64,000 bases of DNA from contig NC_087436.1 in assembly GCF_036321535.1 (NCBI RefSeq), forward strand, positions 30,754,001 to 30,818,000. The letters are read 5' to 3'. Below, in pieces: positions 1-14,680 of the stretch. The notes below the pieces were generated by a model that saw only the letters and a program-made list of their open reading frames with translations, did no database searches and was not told the origin of the DNA. Origin of the DNA: Camelus dromedarius (lineage: Eukaryota). Made by a program: the position numbers and the translations under genes. Position 1 is the first letter of the stretch; every line of letters starts with the position of its first letter.

Positions 1-384
1 ATACTGTTACATTGTTGGTGACAGAAAGCATATCTTAGAATATTATTTATATGAATATTGGTACTATGTTTCCAGTGTGTGAACACCAGAAAGGAAATCC
101 AGTGCTGTATACATTTTTACTACTTCTTAATATAAGATTCTACCTATCATTGTATTTTATGTGACTAAGGTAAATAGCAGGTCTATTTAACAATTTTAAA
201 TGAGGTTAATATTAGGGTTAATAATCTTGTATATTTCTCATCAGACTGAAACTAAATCATCAAATATCTCTTATCACAATATTTTCCAATATTCTTCAAA
301 ACCAAATTTAACAGCAGATAAATTCACTTCTAGTAATTACAGCTATAACATTCCCTTATGCTCACTCCTTAGTTTGCATTAAAA

Positions 385-1050
385 CTCATCACATCTAATT
401 TCAGTACCTCCCAGCTAGTCTCCTTGCTCCTCTTCTAGCCCCCTCCCTCTCCAAATCATTCTACATACTGTCATCTTGCTAAAGTAGAGACAGGAGAAAA
501 ACATAAGAAAAAATGAATTTTAGGTCTATTTCAGTGTCACTTGGGGGCATTATTTTACTGCTATAATATTGGCTTTTCCTGATCTGTAAAATGAAAGTAA
601 CACGTGTCTCTCAGGATTGTTATTATGATTAAATAAAGTCAAACAGCAGGTCAAACATTAAATGAGGGCAAACAGCAGGCATATGACAGACCCACAATCA
701 CTCTAACCTTGTAGAAATTTCTAATGTCTCCTCCCTATGGATTAAAGACCAATTTTCTTACCAAGACAGCTAAGTTCTGCATCATAAAATCATGTTCCCT
801 TTCCAGGCTTTTTAATACTGGAGTTCTGGACAAACCAGAAGTATCAGTGTGTGATAAAGAGGGCTCTTATTTCTTCCACTCGTAGCCTGCACTTCTGTCT
901 AAAGCCATGCTTTTACATTCCCTGTTCCTCCACCTGGAATGACTCAACCCATCATTTACTTCATCTAAATCATATCTATATCTAATCTTCGTACCACTCT
1001 CCTCAAGACACTTCTGAATTCCCACAGTGGAAATCCACCCCCTCTTCTCT
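385..1050 (+). mobile_element. Degraded L2 fragments with interspersed MIR core (~582-640)
   Basis: Pyrimidine-rich L2 3'-region motifs (ctcccagctagtctccttgc, ccctgttcctccacctggaatg) and a MIR-like atctgtaaaatgaaag...caggattgtt. Confidence 0.45.
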
Positions 1051-2065
1051 ATTCCTGGAGTTCACAATACCCAACTCAGAGATGCTATAATTATTAAGAG
1101 ATAAATTAGTAAACATGTGCAAATATTATGTGAGTTTTTCTCCTTGAGAATTTACCTTTAGGAAATAGAGAGCACTTCATTGTGAGCTTTTACGGACTTT
1201 TGTTATATAGACAGCCTTTTTTATGTTTTCTTTAGGGAGAACTACTCAAGATATATGTTAGGAAAAACAGTCGTCTCTAGATGAGGTTAGAGGTAACTAG
1301 GTAACTTGACATAATTAGTAAAACAAGAGCCAAACAACAGTAACAACAACAACAAACACAGATCTAGTCATCACTTCTGAGTATACGCTCTCACAGTTGG
1401 AAGTGTTCGTTATCACTGTTAAAGAGAAAGAGAAAGAGGGAAACAGAAGACAAAAAAACTGCAAAGATTATTTGAAAACTATAAAATAAGTTGTCACACT
1501 GTGAAGGTCACAATTCTATCTATAAGAAAAAAAAACTGTAAAAGGAAAATCATTCTCCTAATTTTATTACTATGGAATTTGTGATTTTAGGTCACAGTAT
1601 CTTGTATCACACATGATTCACCTTGGACAGTTTAGATGAGAGAGAATAGGAGACAAGGACTGTGTTAGGTAATGACATTAATGTCTAAGAGATATATGAG
1701 TAGTTGAATAAAATGATTTCATTTATTATGAGACCAGAACTTTAGTATTTTAAATTAATGCATTATGCTATTTTAATTACATTATAAACAAGTTAAATAT
1801 GTAGTTTTCAATACTATCAAAATCCTCAAATTGATGAATTCAAATAGCCCAAAAAACTATTTGATGGACCTTTTCAATGGGAAAGTATAAATGATTTTCT
1901 ATTTGATGTTGCCATATAGTCAAGATTGGTATATGCTTTAATTTTGTGTAATGTTATACGAAGAACAATATGTATGGCTGATAGGAATTCATAAAATACC
2001 AGTTCCCTTTAGTCCACTTTCTTTTCTCCACCTAGTTTTGGAAGTTATGTATATATTCCATACTA

Positions 2066-2830
2066 TTTATTCATTTGTTTACTTATAAATATTTAAGAGC
2101 ATTATTTATATGTTAAGACATTATGCTATATCCTGGAAACACAACACTGAAAGAAACAGAAAAAAAGGCCCTGCCCTCATAGAGCTTCCATTCTTTATGG
2201 AGAGCTAGATAGATCAATAGACTGGCCAAATAGGTGGTAATAAGTACAAAGGAAAAAAAAACACGTGGGTAAAGCACTTAGAAGGTACTGGAGGTGGGCT
2301 GTATTATTTTAAATATGGTGGTCATAGAGGTCTTTTCCTTAGGCTATCTTTTGGACACAGACCTAAAGGCATTAAGGAAGAAAGTCCTAAAGATACATAG
2401 GGCAAGGGCCTTCCACACAGAGAAGACAGTCCTGTGAAGACTTTGATTCCAGATGGCATGCGTGGCTAGAGGAAAGTAATTAAGGCTGAGATTGTTAGGA
2501 GTTAAGTTTGAGAAGAGAATGGAGGTGAAGTTCATGTTTAGGTCACTGTAAAGATTCTTGCTTTTACTCTGAGAAAGAATGGAGATCATTGGGTTTTGAG
2601 CAGAGGATTCCTTTAGTTGCTGTAGGGAAATTGTGTGTGTGTGCATGCTGAAAAAAGGCAGAGTAGTTAAGAATCAGTTACACAATTCTCTGTTAAAGAC
2701 GATGCTGGTTTCTACATAGCTGTGATGGTGGAGGTCCTGAATAACAGGGTTTTTTTTCTGGATCTTATTTCTTATGTGATTCAGAAGGATTTGCTAATTC
2801 AGTGTATGGAGGATACAACAGAAAAAAAAA
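2066..2830 (-). mobile_element. L2 (L2a-like) 3' end
   Basis: ttattcatt...aaatatttaagagc...ccctgccctcatagagcttccattct...ggtcactgtaaagattcttgcttttactctgag...gggttttgagcagagg, typical of the reverse-complemented L2 3' end. Confidence 0.75.
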
Positions 2831-3849
2831 CACTGATAACTCCAAACAGTTGAATAAATTACAATTATTTCAGGCATAACTTACATCCTTTTTGAGACTT
2901 GAAAGTACTGATAGCACAGTGCCTTTTTTCACTTTTCTTTATTCACATTACCTAGGGAAGTATAATCCCACTTGAGTGATTTGCCAAGAATGTAATTTTA
3001 GATAACAATAGGGCTTGAAGAACCATAGTCATGGTGTTAAATGAGACACAAGAAGCAGATTTAGTGAGAGTATTGGGATGGAAGTACAGTACCTGCTTTG
3101 GATAAATCTGAGTTTGGAATGTGTTTGTATTGTCAGAAAGTGAAAATACGGAAGAGAGATCAAAGCTAAAGTAACAGATTTCAGCATCCCTCCCGTAGCT
3201 TAGCTGTTAAATGATGTAATTAAACGAAATTCTTAGAGTGACCATGAACAAAGAGGACTAAAAATAAAGTGTTTGAAAATTTGCAACATGTATGAGATTA
3301 TTAATAGATATGAATTAATGAGATAAGTAGGAAGAGAACTAGGGGAGTAGGTTGATTATGTAAACAAATAAAGGATTTTATCAAGAAGTATCTAAGTATA
3401 ACCAATACGTCAACTCAAAAAGACATTCACTATAAATGATATATGACACCTGACACATCTAATGATCTTGAACATTTGTCAACAGCAGAAATATGGTGAA
3501 TTCCTTTTTCCCACTAAAAAGATCCATTAAAAACTTTGTTGGTCAACTTGAATGTATAAAGTCTAGGGTTTTAGATAATATTGGAAAATATAATTATATT
3601 TAACTTGTTAATTTAAGTATATACATATTTAATGAAAATAACTTATTACATCAATTTTAAATGATATATTTATCCACTCTCATAAAATAATCAGATGAAT
3701 AAAGTATTATTATTATTATTATTATTTTGTATTTGTGGATAATCAGGGAGCCTGGGATCTTCCTATAGCCTCTGGGGTATAAAATGATCCTGATATCATC
3801 ACACTGATTAACCTGGGGGTAAAAAGAATGCTTTTGGACATTCAGTCAT

Positions 3850-4250
3850 ATGAAGAAGTCCACTGTGATGCTTTTGGAAAAAAAAGAAAAGTAATTCTCC
3901 CATGCAAAAGGAAAGAGTGACATGATGAAAAAGCTCCTCTCCTTTTTTCTGCCTTTAGATACAACTGAGGACATGTTGCCTGAAGCTGTGACAGCTGTTT
4001 TAACTATGTGACTTCCTGTTTTGTACCTCTAAGGGCTTAAGCCTGAGGATAAGTATCAATATACTTAGGATAAAACAGCAGAAAAAGATGGAAGAACTGG
4101 GGTCCTTGATAACAGTACTGAGTCACCAAACTAACTCTAATACCGTAACCTTTTGACATTTTGTCATGACGGTTAATTAACATCTCTACTGTTGAAGCCA
4201 CTTAAAGTCAGACAACCTTCAGCTCAAAGTACTTTACTCAATGCATTAAA
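3850..4250 (+). mobile_element. MaLR LTR (MLT1I/J-like)
   Basis: gcctgaagctgtgacagctgtttt...gaaaaagatggaagaactggggtccttgataacagtactgagtcacc...ctgttgaagccactt. Confidence 0.6.
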
Positions 4251-4562
4251 ACAGGAAAAAAAGTTAGCAAAATGGCAGCCAGCTTGATTTAGACACATTT
4301 TAACATGAGAAATCACATGTTTTCAAATGGAGGATTATAGCAAAAAATAAACATGGTAGGCATTGCTAAATATCAAGCAACTAGAAATATCATATTTTTA
4401 AAAAGCATTCTAGTTACTGTCTTAATGCTAACTTGTTTTTTTTCTAAGTAGCTTCTAAGACAGGCAAATCACAATCACTTGAAAATAATCATTAAAATGT
4501 AGATTTACTGGCCTTATCATTTGCAGACTCCCAATTCACAAGGGTTCATGGATCTGCATTAA

Positions 4563-4590
4563 AAACAAACAAACAAACAAACAAACAAAC
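4563..4590. repeat. (AAAC)7 microsatellite
   Basis: Read directly. Confidence 0.9.
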
Positions 4591-6699
4591 AAAACATCCT
4601 AAAGGGATTCTTACATAGATTAAAACAAATGCTGGCAAGAGGTAAATTTAGAATGCTGATACCAACAGCTTCCATCTAGGGGGAGCTGAACAAGGATCTG
4701 AGCCTCTCAGACAAGTAAAACACTTCAAAAAACTGGAACTTGGTAAGTACACGACTGCTTAGGATGCCTACAAAAAAATAAGATAAAATAAAAACCAGAT
4801 CCACAGCAGCAAGCTGGACCTCAAAGACTGGATTGCTGCAGCTGCTGACAAACACCCTGCACTGAAGGTGACTGGCTGGTTCAGGGGAAGGTGAGGAGTG
4901 GAACCTTCAAGTGGGGCTACAGACTTTTCCACTAGGAAAGACACAAGCCAGGGACTAATAGAAATGCAGCAGAGATTTTCAAGCAGGATGAGGTCTAGAA
5001 AGAAACATTTGTTTTTCGCAATTAAATGAATTGAAGAAGTAAGTAAGATAAATTCAAAACAGTGGCTGAGGCAAAATCAAGATAGTTCAGAATAAAGAAT
5101 GGCACTTGTGAAAGGGTACATACTGAGTACAGATGACCTCTTCAAGAAAATGCTGCAGAAGGAGAAAAGAGCTACAGAGCAGTGACTGAGGAACCAATCC
5201 CATCATCGACTCTATGCCAGTGCCTCTCTTCCTAAAGACCCTGCCCCTTTAAAAAAAAAGGAGGCAAAAATCAACTATTTTGTGTTATTGTATTAACAGA
5301 AAAATTTGTGGTCGATACTCATGGCAAAGGGAGAGGCTAGTGCTTGACTCTACCAGCAATTTCAGAAAAAAAATGGCTGAATGAATAAATAAATAGCATA
5401 TTTAATATCAATAATTCAATAATAGGTTATTTAAGTATTATAAAACTCATCTTAAAATAATTAAAATCTTAAGGCAGGTGAAAAGCAAGATTAGAAACAC
5501 AGCAAAATATTCTGGAGCAACAATGAGCTGTCAGTATATTTCTAATTGCAGCAAGTGACTGTCAGCTGATTTTCTTACTCAAACTGAGGGATATACCTCC
5601 CTGTGAAGGGAGCCCAAGTTGGAAGTTGGCCTGGCCAAACTACGCTTGCTAGTTTTTATGTGACAAATGAGTTGTAAAATGATGTGTCATTGAATAACGT
5701 TTATTCTCAATTATGAAAGATATCATAATTTGTGGTTATTTCAATTTCACCAACATGAAAATTGGCGACCACTTATTAACACTGTATTTTCCCACTGTTC
5801 TTCCAATCTTTTATTAAGAAATTTATCCATGATAGAAATTGAAGTTAACTCACATTTTAAAAAATGAATACACAGTCCCTTGCAAATTCATTCTTCTAAA
5901 CAATGTTTAGTTCATCACTATCACTCAACTGTTCAGGACAAAAATATTACTGCTTGATAGATTCTCTAGAACTAGAATTTACTTTTTGAAATATCAATAC
6001 ATGAGTCTTTAAAATGGGTTAAAAACAGACTTGATTGTAGAGGCTCCACGGCAAAACAATGAGCCATCTGTTTCATTAAGTCTTTCACAGTGTTCAGTCC
6101 TTTACTTCCTCTTGGCTAAATCTGTGTTGTTGTTGTTGTTCTCTAGAATTGTTGAGTTTCAGCCAGCCTAATTCACAACCCTCTTCAAGAGTTGTTCTCT
6201 TGCTGAATAGCTGAGCATCAGCTGGCTCAGCCCTAAATCACCACCAGAATATTACTGCCTCCCTCCTCTCCACATTCTCTTTATTTAGAAGTCTATTTTC
6301 TCTAGTAGTGGGAAACAGCTGACATAAATTCGAACAAAAAGAATACTTTTATATGATATAATACATTATAAAATACAGGAACACTCAATAAATAGATGTG
6401 TTTTATGTATTGCACTTGTATATGTATATAGATATAATAAAAGCAGTGCCTCACTCTTCCTCTAAATTTAAAAAGTATTCAATATTTCAACATCACATAG
6501 AATGGTGCCATTGTGGCAAATATTGTTGATGGTCTCTTCACCATCCTCGTCATCATCTTTCCTCTTTCTAAAGCGAATCTTTATTCAGTTAACCACCTTC
6601 ATCAACTTAGCCATTTGCTTTTTGCTTTCACTTCAGAGAAAGTGGTCCTGATTGGATCTCAAAGACTTTTTTATTAGCTTGATTTATTATGAAAAATGA

Positions 6700-7620
6700 T
6701 ACAGCAGAATTAATTTTTCACATGTTTAAGAAACTATAAATGAGATCCTAGTATACACCAGCCACAGTGCTAAGTTCTAGGGAGCAAATGTTGGGGAAAC
6801 CTCTGCTCACAGTACAGCTGTAACGAACAGTATGCGACAGTTCATAAGGGGAGCAACAGAAGAAGTGAAATCTGACTGGAAGGATAAGGGAGATGGCTCC
6901 AGGGAGCAAGCTCTCCTATGAGGAGTAGGAGTTTGCTAGAAAAATAAGGAGAAAAGGCACTGTGTCAGGTCAAAGGAAAAGCTCAATAACTTAACACAGT
7001 GCATCATAACACAATGTATCAAGGTTATTGCTTGTAATTCAGTACAAATGTGACATAAGGCATAAGGAAAGAGAGGCAGAAGTTGCACCTGGATCTATAT
7101 CCTGAGGACTCCATATGCCAGGCAAAAAAAAAAAAAAAAAGATAAAAGAAAAAAAAAATTAGTCTTTACCCTCAAGGTTTTAGGTGGGGCATGGGAATGG
7201 ATATAACATAAGATTTATATTCTAGAGAGATTATTTGGCTACAATAATGAAAGGAAGATTGAGACTGTTCACATTATAACAGAGGCCCAGAACTTGCTAC
7301 TATCCAGAGGTAGTAGTGTCTGTCACTGGAGACAGGAAAGATAAAACTGATTTAAAGCATATGTGGCTGGTAATATCAACAAAGCTGGTGAGTAAGTAAA
7401 TGTGGAAAATTAGGAGATGATGCTTTTGGATTAAATCCTGATTTCTAGTTTAGGTTACTGATGACATTGTGAGGCCATTAATAGAGATTTAAAATTCTGT
7501 GGGAGGAGTAGATTTGTTAATTGTTAAAAGTGAGTTTCTTTTTAGACATATTGAGTTTGAGTTCATCAATAGTGAACATAAATACGAAAGTCAGTGAAGT
7601 ATCCAGGAGAGCTGAAAGCA
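6700..7620 (-). mobile_element. Degraded L2
   Basis: cacagtgctaagttctagggag...gagtaggagtttgctag...ttttagacatattgagtttgag. Confidence 0.55.
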
Positions 7621-9887
7621 AGAAAAGGATGCTGAGGCTGGGAAACTCAGGACTTCCCAGATATTTGGAATACAGAGACAGAAATTCTAGAACAACATAA
7701 CAAGATGAAGTGGTAGAGAGGAGGAAGAGAAATAAATGTTTCTTAGAAAATGGACATCAATACAGGAAAAAAACTGAAGAAAATAACATTTAAAAATTAA
7801 AAAGACAAATCACATAAACATTGAGGAATAGTATTCACTGGGTTTACTATTAGTAATTCATTGCTAATTGTGAATATTTTAAAATGCATTACCAATGCAT
7901 ATAAAAGTGATCTAAACCCATGAATCAATGACTCCTAAATAAATCACGTTTTGTTTTGTTTTGTTTTTTTTGATGTATAATCTCCTAAAAGGTATAAAAA
8001 TTGAGATTCCACTTCATTAAAACAAATTTTTTTTTACAGTCTACTCATTGTAAGGTATTTATTTCCTTCTCAGTAAATTTAAAATACCAATCCTCAAAAT
8101 GTAGGTATTTTGTGTCAAAAGTTTAAAGGTGATAAAAAGGAAATCATCGATTTGTTTTGAATCTCCCTTCCAGACTACAGTTAAAATGTAAAATAAACTG
8201 TTTTATTCTCAAATATTACACATTTTATTTCAAAAGTTGTCTCTTGATTACATCTGAACTCCTATGTCAATTTGTCTGTACCTTTCTTATGGATCTTTTC
8301 ACCATTCACCTGGAATTATATGATTGTCTTGTATATATTTCTCACTTCAAATATACTTAAATCTCAGTAAGGGTGAGTGAGGTCCATTATTTTCCATTTG
8401 GATATTCCAAAGCACTGAACCAAAGTTTTGTATGAAATATGGGTGCAATAAATCTTACGGTAGCATGAATACTACAAATAAATGAATACACTAAAAGACA
8501 AAAATATAAACATTTCCAAAATCTTGAATCCACATATATGAATGCTAAATGGGAAATAACACGAACAAGTTAAATAGCTGAAATCTGCCAGCTATATAGT
8601 AGTCAGGATAGGGAAAGAAACAGAAGGGCATGGTTTTATAAAGATTGAGGTACATGCAGTTTGATTTGGAAAAGATCATAGGTCACTGGTCTATTTGTGT
8701 ATTCTTAGATAATGACACCCTTGACTGAGACATTTCTAAATGACTAATGATAATGTCAATAACATGCAACTCTACTCTTCCCTGGAGTTACTGAAATTTG
8801 TCAAAAGCATGAATTGATGTGTTGCACTGGCTGGGAATAATTTCCCCTAGCCATAGAGATTAGATCATTATTGAACAAACGTATAGCCTGAAGGATTACA
8901 CACTAAGCAGAATGAAGTTAGAAGACAAAAGTCAAAATACCCACCCTTCCTCTTCATTCTGTCAAACCTCCATTCATCTTGGACTTTAGAATCAATGCCA
9001 CGCTTCTTATAGGTCATCTAAATTTGATTTCTGTTTTATGATATATTTTGATTGAGTGAGCTCATTAGATAATTTATTGATAACACCTCAGATTCTCTAA
9101 ATATCTTGACCTTTTCTTTCACAACCGCAATATTTAGATTTACACCAAAAAGCATTAGGTTTTCATATTATGGAAGTCTGTCTTTACTCGAAATACTTTT
9201 ATTATTAAAATTCTAGGATAGAAGTCTGATTGTACTAGTGTTTTTCTGATATCACTGTTTTGGAAAATTTTATCATTTTATTTGAGCAAGTAATTAATTA
9301 GTCTTCATATTGAAAGGTGTTTCAAAAGAAAAGTGGCCCTGCTTCAAGTTTTCTGTCTTATCCAGAAAGCTATCATAAGAAATGTCAAATGGTCTACTGA
9401 AGTCCAGATACACAAAGTTCAATATATTTGCCTTATCAACCAATCAAGTAGCTATAAAAAGGGAGGTAATGCTATATAAAATGTCATCATTTATATATAA
9501 TCCATATATTCCTTCTTCCACCTTACATTAGTGACCTTCTATTCATTCCTATTATCAGTATCGTAAGTTTGTGTTTATCCCTAGTGTTAACAGCTTAGTC
9601 TGTCCTCATTCATACTCATTTCTCATCATGCTTTAATTATTTTTTCTCCACATCTAATTTTTTGTCTTTAGAATCTCTCTATCCATCATAACGAACATAT
9701 TGCTATCAGATATATCTTTTAAAGCCACAACTAGGTACTGCCCTCCTCAAAAGCTTTTATTATCTCCCTATGCCTACTGAAAACATGACAATATTACAAG
9801 CCTTAATACAATCATTCTCCCTACCAGATTTTAATATTTTCAAAATATTTTTCTGATTTCGTCTGTTCTCTTCACCTACACTAAGTT

Positions 9888-10750
9888 CAATGGCATACTA
9901 AGGGCAGGTGATTGTAGCAGTCTACTTTGGATGTAGGCAATGAGGGATAAGGCATGGGGAGGAATGGCAGGTGTGTTATCTATAATAAAACTTAATAAAA
10001 GTCTCTGTTATTTATTATCACTCAAGCAATTCTAAATGATGTCAGAAATAAAACATTTCTCTACAGTGAAAATTGTAAAACAAAGTTTTTGTTCATCTAA
10101 GTTCTAAACAGTTGCAGAAATTATGGTTGAGTTTTAATAATATATATGTAGCTTCAAAATAACACTTTTTACTTATCCTCTAATGAACATCAGTTTCTAC
10201 ACAGAAGTTAATTCAGATAACTTGTAGTTATGTAGTCAGCCAGGGGCACTCTGAACTCAACTGTGTTCATTTTCAAGAACACACCTGTTCCCATTCAGTA
10301 TGGTTAAGCTTGCTTCTTTGCAGTGATACTAATATTCTTGAACATAAGCACTATATTTAAAATAAGTAACAGCACAACAATTATAAATACAAAGAAACAG
10401 AACCAAGGCTACTTTAATCCTGTCAATGTATGTAAACCACTTAAAGTATTTGCTTGTACTCAAATTTAAAACAGTGAAACAGTGAAACCAGTAAGGTGCA
10501 ATATATTTTTTTAGCAAGTACACATTTTAGTGGAATTTATCAAGAACAAATCATGTGTGAAAGACTTATTTCTGAATGCCATTACAATTTATGTATCATG
10601 AGATTATGATAAAAAAAATTTCCTTTATATTCTAGACATATTTATGTATGCATTATTATTTCTCTATGCTTAATGAGCTTTTTAATGACAAGTAATATGC
10701 CTGATTATATTATAAAACCCTCTCACCATTATCCTACTTCTGTGCATAAA
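9888..10750 (+). mobile_element. hAT-Tip100 non-autonomous DNA transposon, MER97-like
   Basis: Starts caatggcatactaagggcagg (recalled terminus CAGTGGCGTACCAAGGGCGG). Internal ctaagttctaaacagttgc...ttgagttttaataatatatatgtagcttcaaa...gaagttaattcag. The 3' boundary is uncertain. Confidence 0.6.
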
Positions 10751-11399
10751 ATATTTGTTGAATAAATGCAAATAATGTTTTTCTTTCAATAAAAATTTAA
10801 TATTTATTATTTTCAGTATATCACCAGTGATAAAGTTGATACTCAATCTCAATTTAATAATTAGCAAGATTTATCTTCTATTTAGATTAGATTATGAAAA
10901 ATGGCACATCACAATTTCAGAGGACAAAAAAAAAGAACAACTTTCATAAAATGATATAATAGTATGTGCATTTGGAAAACTGTCTCTACATTCACTAATC
11001 CAAGAAGTATATACTGAGTGACCAAATATGGCAGGTTTGCTTATATGTGCAAGAGAAACAAAACCCTTGCTCTCACTGAGGCTGATATAATAATAAAGAA
11101 AAGTAGCTGGACAGTGAAAAATGTTATAAAGAAAACAGGACAATAAATGTGATATTGTGAATGATGATGGGAAGGGAAAGAATTTTAAACTGGGTTATCA
11201 GGACTAAAGATTAAAAATGATAAATTAAAAAATATATATGTATATATAGATCTATATATAGCATATGTAAATCTCTCTATGTAGATACAGATACAGATAT
11301 AAATATGAATATAGCATTAGATAGGTATCTTACAGTATCAAAGAAAATGGAGGAAGTCAATATATTTTGTGGTGATGAAAAGTCAATATATTTTAGATG

Positions 11400-12568
11400 G
11401 AGCTGCTCTGCAAAAGACACTATCAAGAGAATAAGACAAGCCACAGACATACCTGATAAAGACATATCCAAAATCTACAAAGAACTCAAAACTCAAGAGT
11501 TTAAAAAACGGTTTCTTAAAGATTTTACGAGTGATAATAAAACAAGTAACCTAGCTAAAAAATGGGCAAAAGACCTTTTGCTCCCTCAAAATGGGCAAAA
11601 ATCAGACACTTTACCAAAGAAGACATTCAGTTATCAGCTAAGCATATGAAAAGATATTTAATATCAGTTGTAATTAGGGAATTAAAAATTCAAAACCGTA
11701 AGATACCACTACAGAATGGCTAAAATCCTAAACACTGTAACATCAAATGCTGGTGAAGATATGGAGCAACAGGAACTCCAATTCACTGCTGGTGGGAGCG
11801 AAAAACAGTACAGCAATTCTGGAAGTCAGTTCTATAGTTTCTTCAAAAACTTAAACATGCTCTTATCAAACAGTCCAACAGTCATGCTCTTTCTTAATTA
11901 CTAAAGAGTTGAAAATTTATGTCGACACAAAAAACTGCACATGAATGTTAATAGCAGCTTTATTCATAATTGCCAAAAGTTACAAGCAACCAAGATACCC
12001 TTTAATGGGTGAATAAATTAACTATAATACATTCATACAACTAAATATTATTCAGCTCTAAAAATAAATGTTATCAAACCACACACACACAAAAGGAGAA
12101 AACTTAATGGCATATTTTTAAATGAAAGAAGCCAATCTTAAAAGGCTACATATGATTATGATTCCAACTATGCGATACTGTAGAAAGGGCAAAACTACTG
12201 AGGCTGTAAAAAAGATCGGTGGTTTTCAGAAAGAGGGAAGAATAGGTGGAGCACAGGAGATTTCTAGGGCAGTGAAACTATATGGTAAGAACATAGTGGA
12301 TACTACTTATTACACATCTTTGAAAACTCAGAGAATGTACAATACCAAGATGAACTCTAACGTAAATTGTAGACTTCAGTTGGTAATGATGTGTCAATGT
12401 TGATTCATTGATTACAATAAATGTTATAACCATACTGATGTAACTTGTTAATAATAAGAAACTGTGGCAGGGTGGATGGAGGGGTTATATGTAAACTCTT
12501 TGTACTATTCACTGTTCTGCTATGAACCTAAAACTGCTCTAAAATATAGTCTATTGATCTTTTTTTAA
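11400..12568 (+). mobile_element. Old L1 3' end (L1MC-like): ORF2 tail plus 3'UTR
   Basis: ctgctctgcaaaagacactatcaagagaat...aaaatgggcaaaagac...gctggtgaagatatggagcaacaggaactc...atagcagctttattcataattgccaaaa...gaacctaaaactgctctaaaa. Confidence 0.85.
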
Positions 12569-12649
12569 GTGGATGGTGAAAGATTTAGCAGACTGAAGTA
12601 GAGAATGCTGATAAGGAGCTGATCTGTTCATTACTACAGCAGAGTACAT

Positions 12650-13900
12650 ATGCATCCTTGGAAACAGGAAAAGATGCAATTAAAATTGTGAAGCTAGGGA
12701 AAAAGAGTTTGTAGAAATAAAATATATATTATAGTAAAATAAAAGTACAGAAACATAGCTAAAGTTGAGAAAATCTCCCAAACAGTGGAACAAAAAGGGA
12801 AAAGATGGATAATAGAAGGAAATATTAAAGGATTAATATATGAAGTTTAACACATCAGTAGTAAGAATTTAGATTAAAAAATAAATGGAGAAGAAGCTAC
12901 CAAAAATTATTCAAAAATATTTTCAGAAATTGAATGAAATAACTCATTAAATACCTAGGAAAAAATTTTAAAAGCTCTACAAAGTGCACATTTTAATGAA
13001 AACTTAAATACCAGGGATAAGAAAAAATTCTAAGGTTGTTAAAAAATAATAAAACAAATCACATAGAAAGGAATTTGATACAAATGACATCAGAATTCTC
13101 TAACACTGGAAAGTTGAAAACAACAAAACAAAGCCATCAAAATTCTGAGAAAAACGATTTCAACCTAAAAATTCTGGAACTTGACAAACTGTATGGAGAG
13201 AGCACAGAAGAAAGATATTTTCAAAGTGATAGACAGTTCTGAAAAATTTAATACTGACCTTATACCTCATCTCAAGAAGCAACGAAAACATATGTTTCCC
13301 AAGTGTTAAGAATAGAAAGGAAAGGAAAGGAAAAAGACATGGGAACCAGAAAATAGAGTGTTTACCATAGGAGAATCACAAAGAGAAATCTAGTACGAAG
13401 TGAAGAGAATTCTCAGCATGACAGTTCTGCAGCAGTCTTAAGTTTAGGAAATTATGTAATAGATACATCAAAAAATACATCATTTTTAAAAAGTGATTAC
13501 TATCTATAGGAAAAGAAGAAAGGAAATGCAATCATGATAAATGCTTACAATGTTTACATACTTTATCATGATGCATGGATACTGATTAAATAAAAAATCA
13601 TAAACATTAATTTAGAAGGGGGAGGAAGGGAGCAAGAATAGTAATTAAGAGAGAGAATTCTTTACTTTTCATAATGTGAGACAATGTCTGAGGTTGATAC
13701 TTCAAAACCAGTAGCAAAATATATAATTTACAAATGCAGAAATAAACAAAACTTCTTTAAAAAAGGTGAAAACATTTGTCGGGAATCAGACAGAATGACA
13801 TATGAGACAATAGAGTTCTAATATTTTATTAGAGTTTTATAGTACTGGTTGACTTTTTAATCTATGAGCATTTATTACTCTAAAAAGAATAAAAATAGAT
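12650..13900 (+). mobile_element. HAL1 (half-L1)-like ancient element
   Basis: Decayed ORF1-like sequence (aatgacatcagaattctc...caaaattctgagaaaaacgatttcaacctaaaattct) runs, without ORF2, into a HAL1-type end gactttttaatctatgagcatttattactctaaaaag. Confidence 0.6.
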
Positions 13901-14099
13901 AAAAAGAATAATAGCATGAGGAGGAGTAAAACATTTCAAAGGATGATGGTTTTGACAGTTCCCCACGTATGGGTGCATGTAAAGCAGTTACCAGTGCTGT
14001 ACAGCTATTGTTGGAACTGAGACAGGCACCCAACTTTTCTCTAAGTAGAATATTTAAAGAACAAAGAGATTTTCAAGTTTCCATAATTATATTTAATTA

Positions 14100-14680
14100 T
14101 GTATATTGTTTTTAATAAGAAATGATGTCCCACAATTATTTGAACTTTTCCAAGGTATTTGAAATATTCATCTGTGTGCACGCACACATACAGACACACA
14201 CACACACAGCTATGCACACATACAAAAAGTCAATTTGTATGGTTTATATTTTGGTCTCCCTTTAGGGCAGAGGATCTACATCAATTATTCAGAATTCTGG
14301 ATGAGAAATTTATCTCTTTTCCTTATTTTTTATTTTATTCAATCATACATTTATATCAGTATGAAATCATAAATATTTATACATTGAGTTTTAATAAAAC
14401 ACTATTTTTTTCTATTTTGCTGCTCAAATTGTTCTAGTTTTGGTTATTAGTATCCCTTTCATTTGGTTCCTTTGTGCCTTTCACATATCCCATCAAAGCA
14501 TTTGTTATTTTACCTCCTTATTTTCTGGCACTACAAGTTGTTCCAGTATCCTCTTGTATATTTCATGTTTCATTTTGAGAATAGCCATTTCTTCAGGGTA
14601 CCTTGGTTCCTTTTACAGAAGCATGACACTAGAAACCAAAATCTGGGTACTGGGTGTGTTCACTGGAACTGGTATAATCC
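14100..14680 (-). mobile_element. L1MC/L1MD-like 3'UTR fragment
   Basis: ttgctgctcaaattgttctagttttgg...ttctggcactacaagttgttccag...agccatttcttcagggtaccttggttcctttta...gaaaccaaaatctgggtactgggtgtgttca. This is an inverse homologue of 58500-58780. Confidence 0.7.

Noticed and set aside
4680..4742. 63-nt + strand exon-like segment (tag|...TTG|GTAAGT)
   Set aside because: Weak polypyrimidine tract, unrecognised peptide and no partner exons.
11305..12403. ORFs of 114, 62 and 93 aa as host genes
   Set aside because: They overlap a decayed L1 ORF2 tail and 3'UTR.
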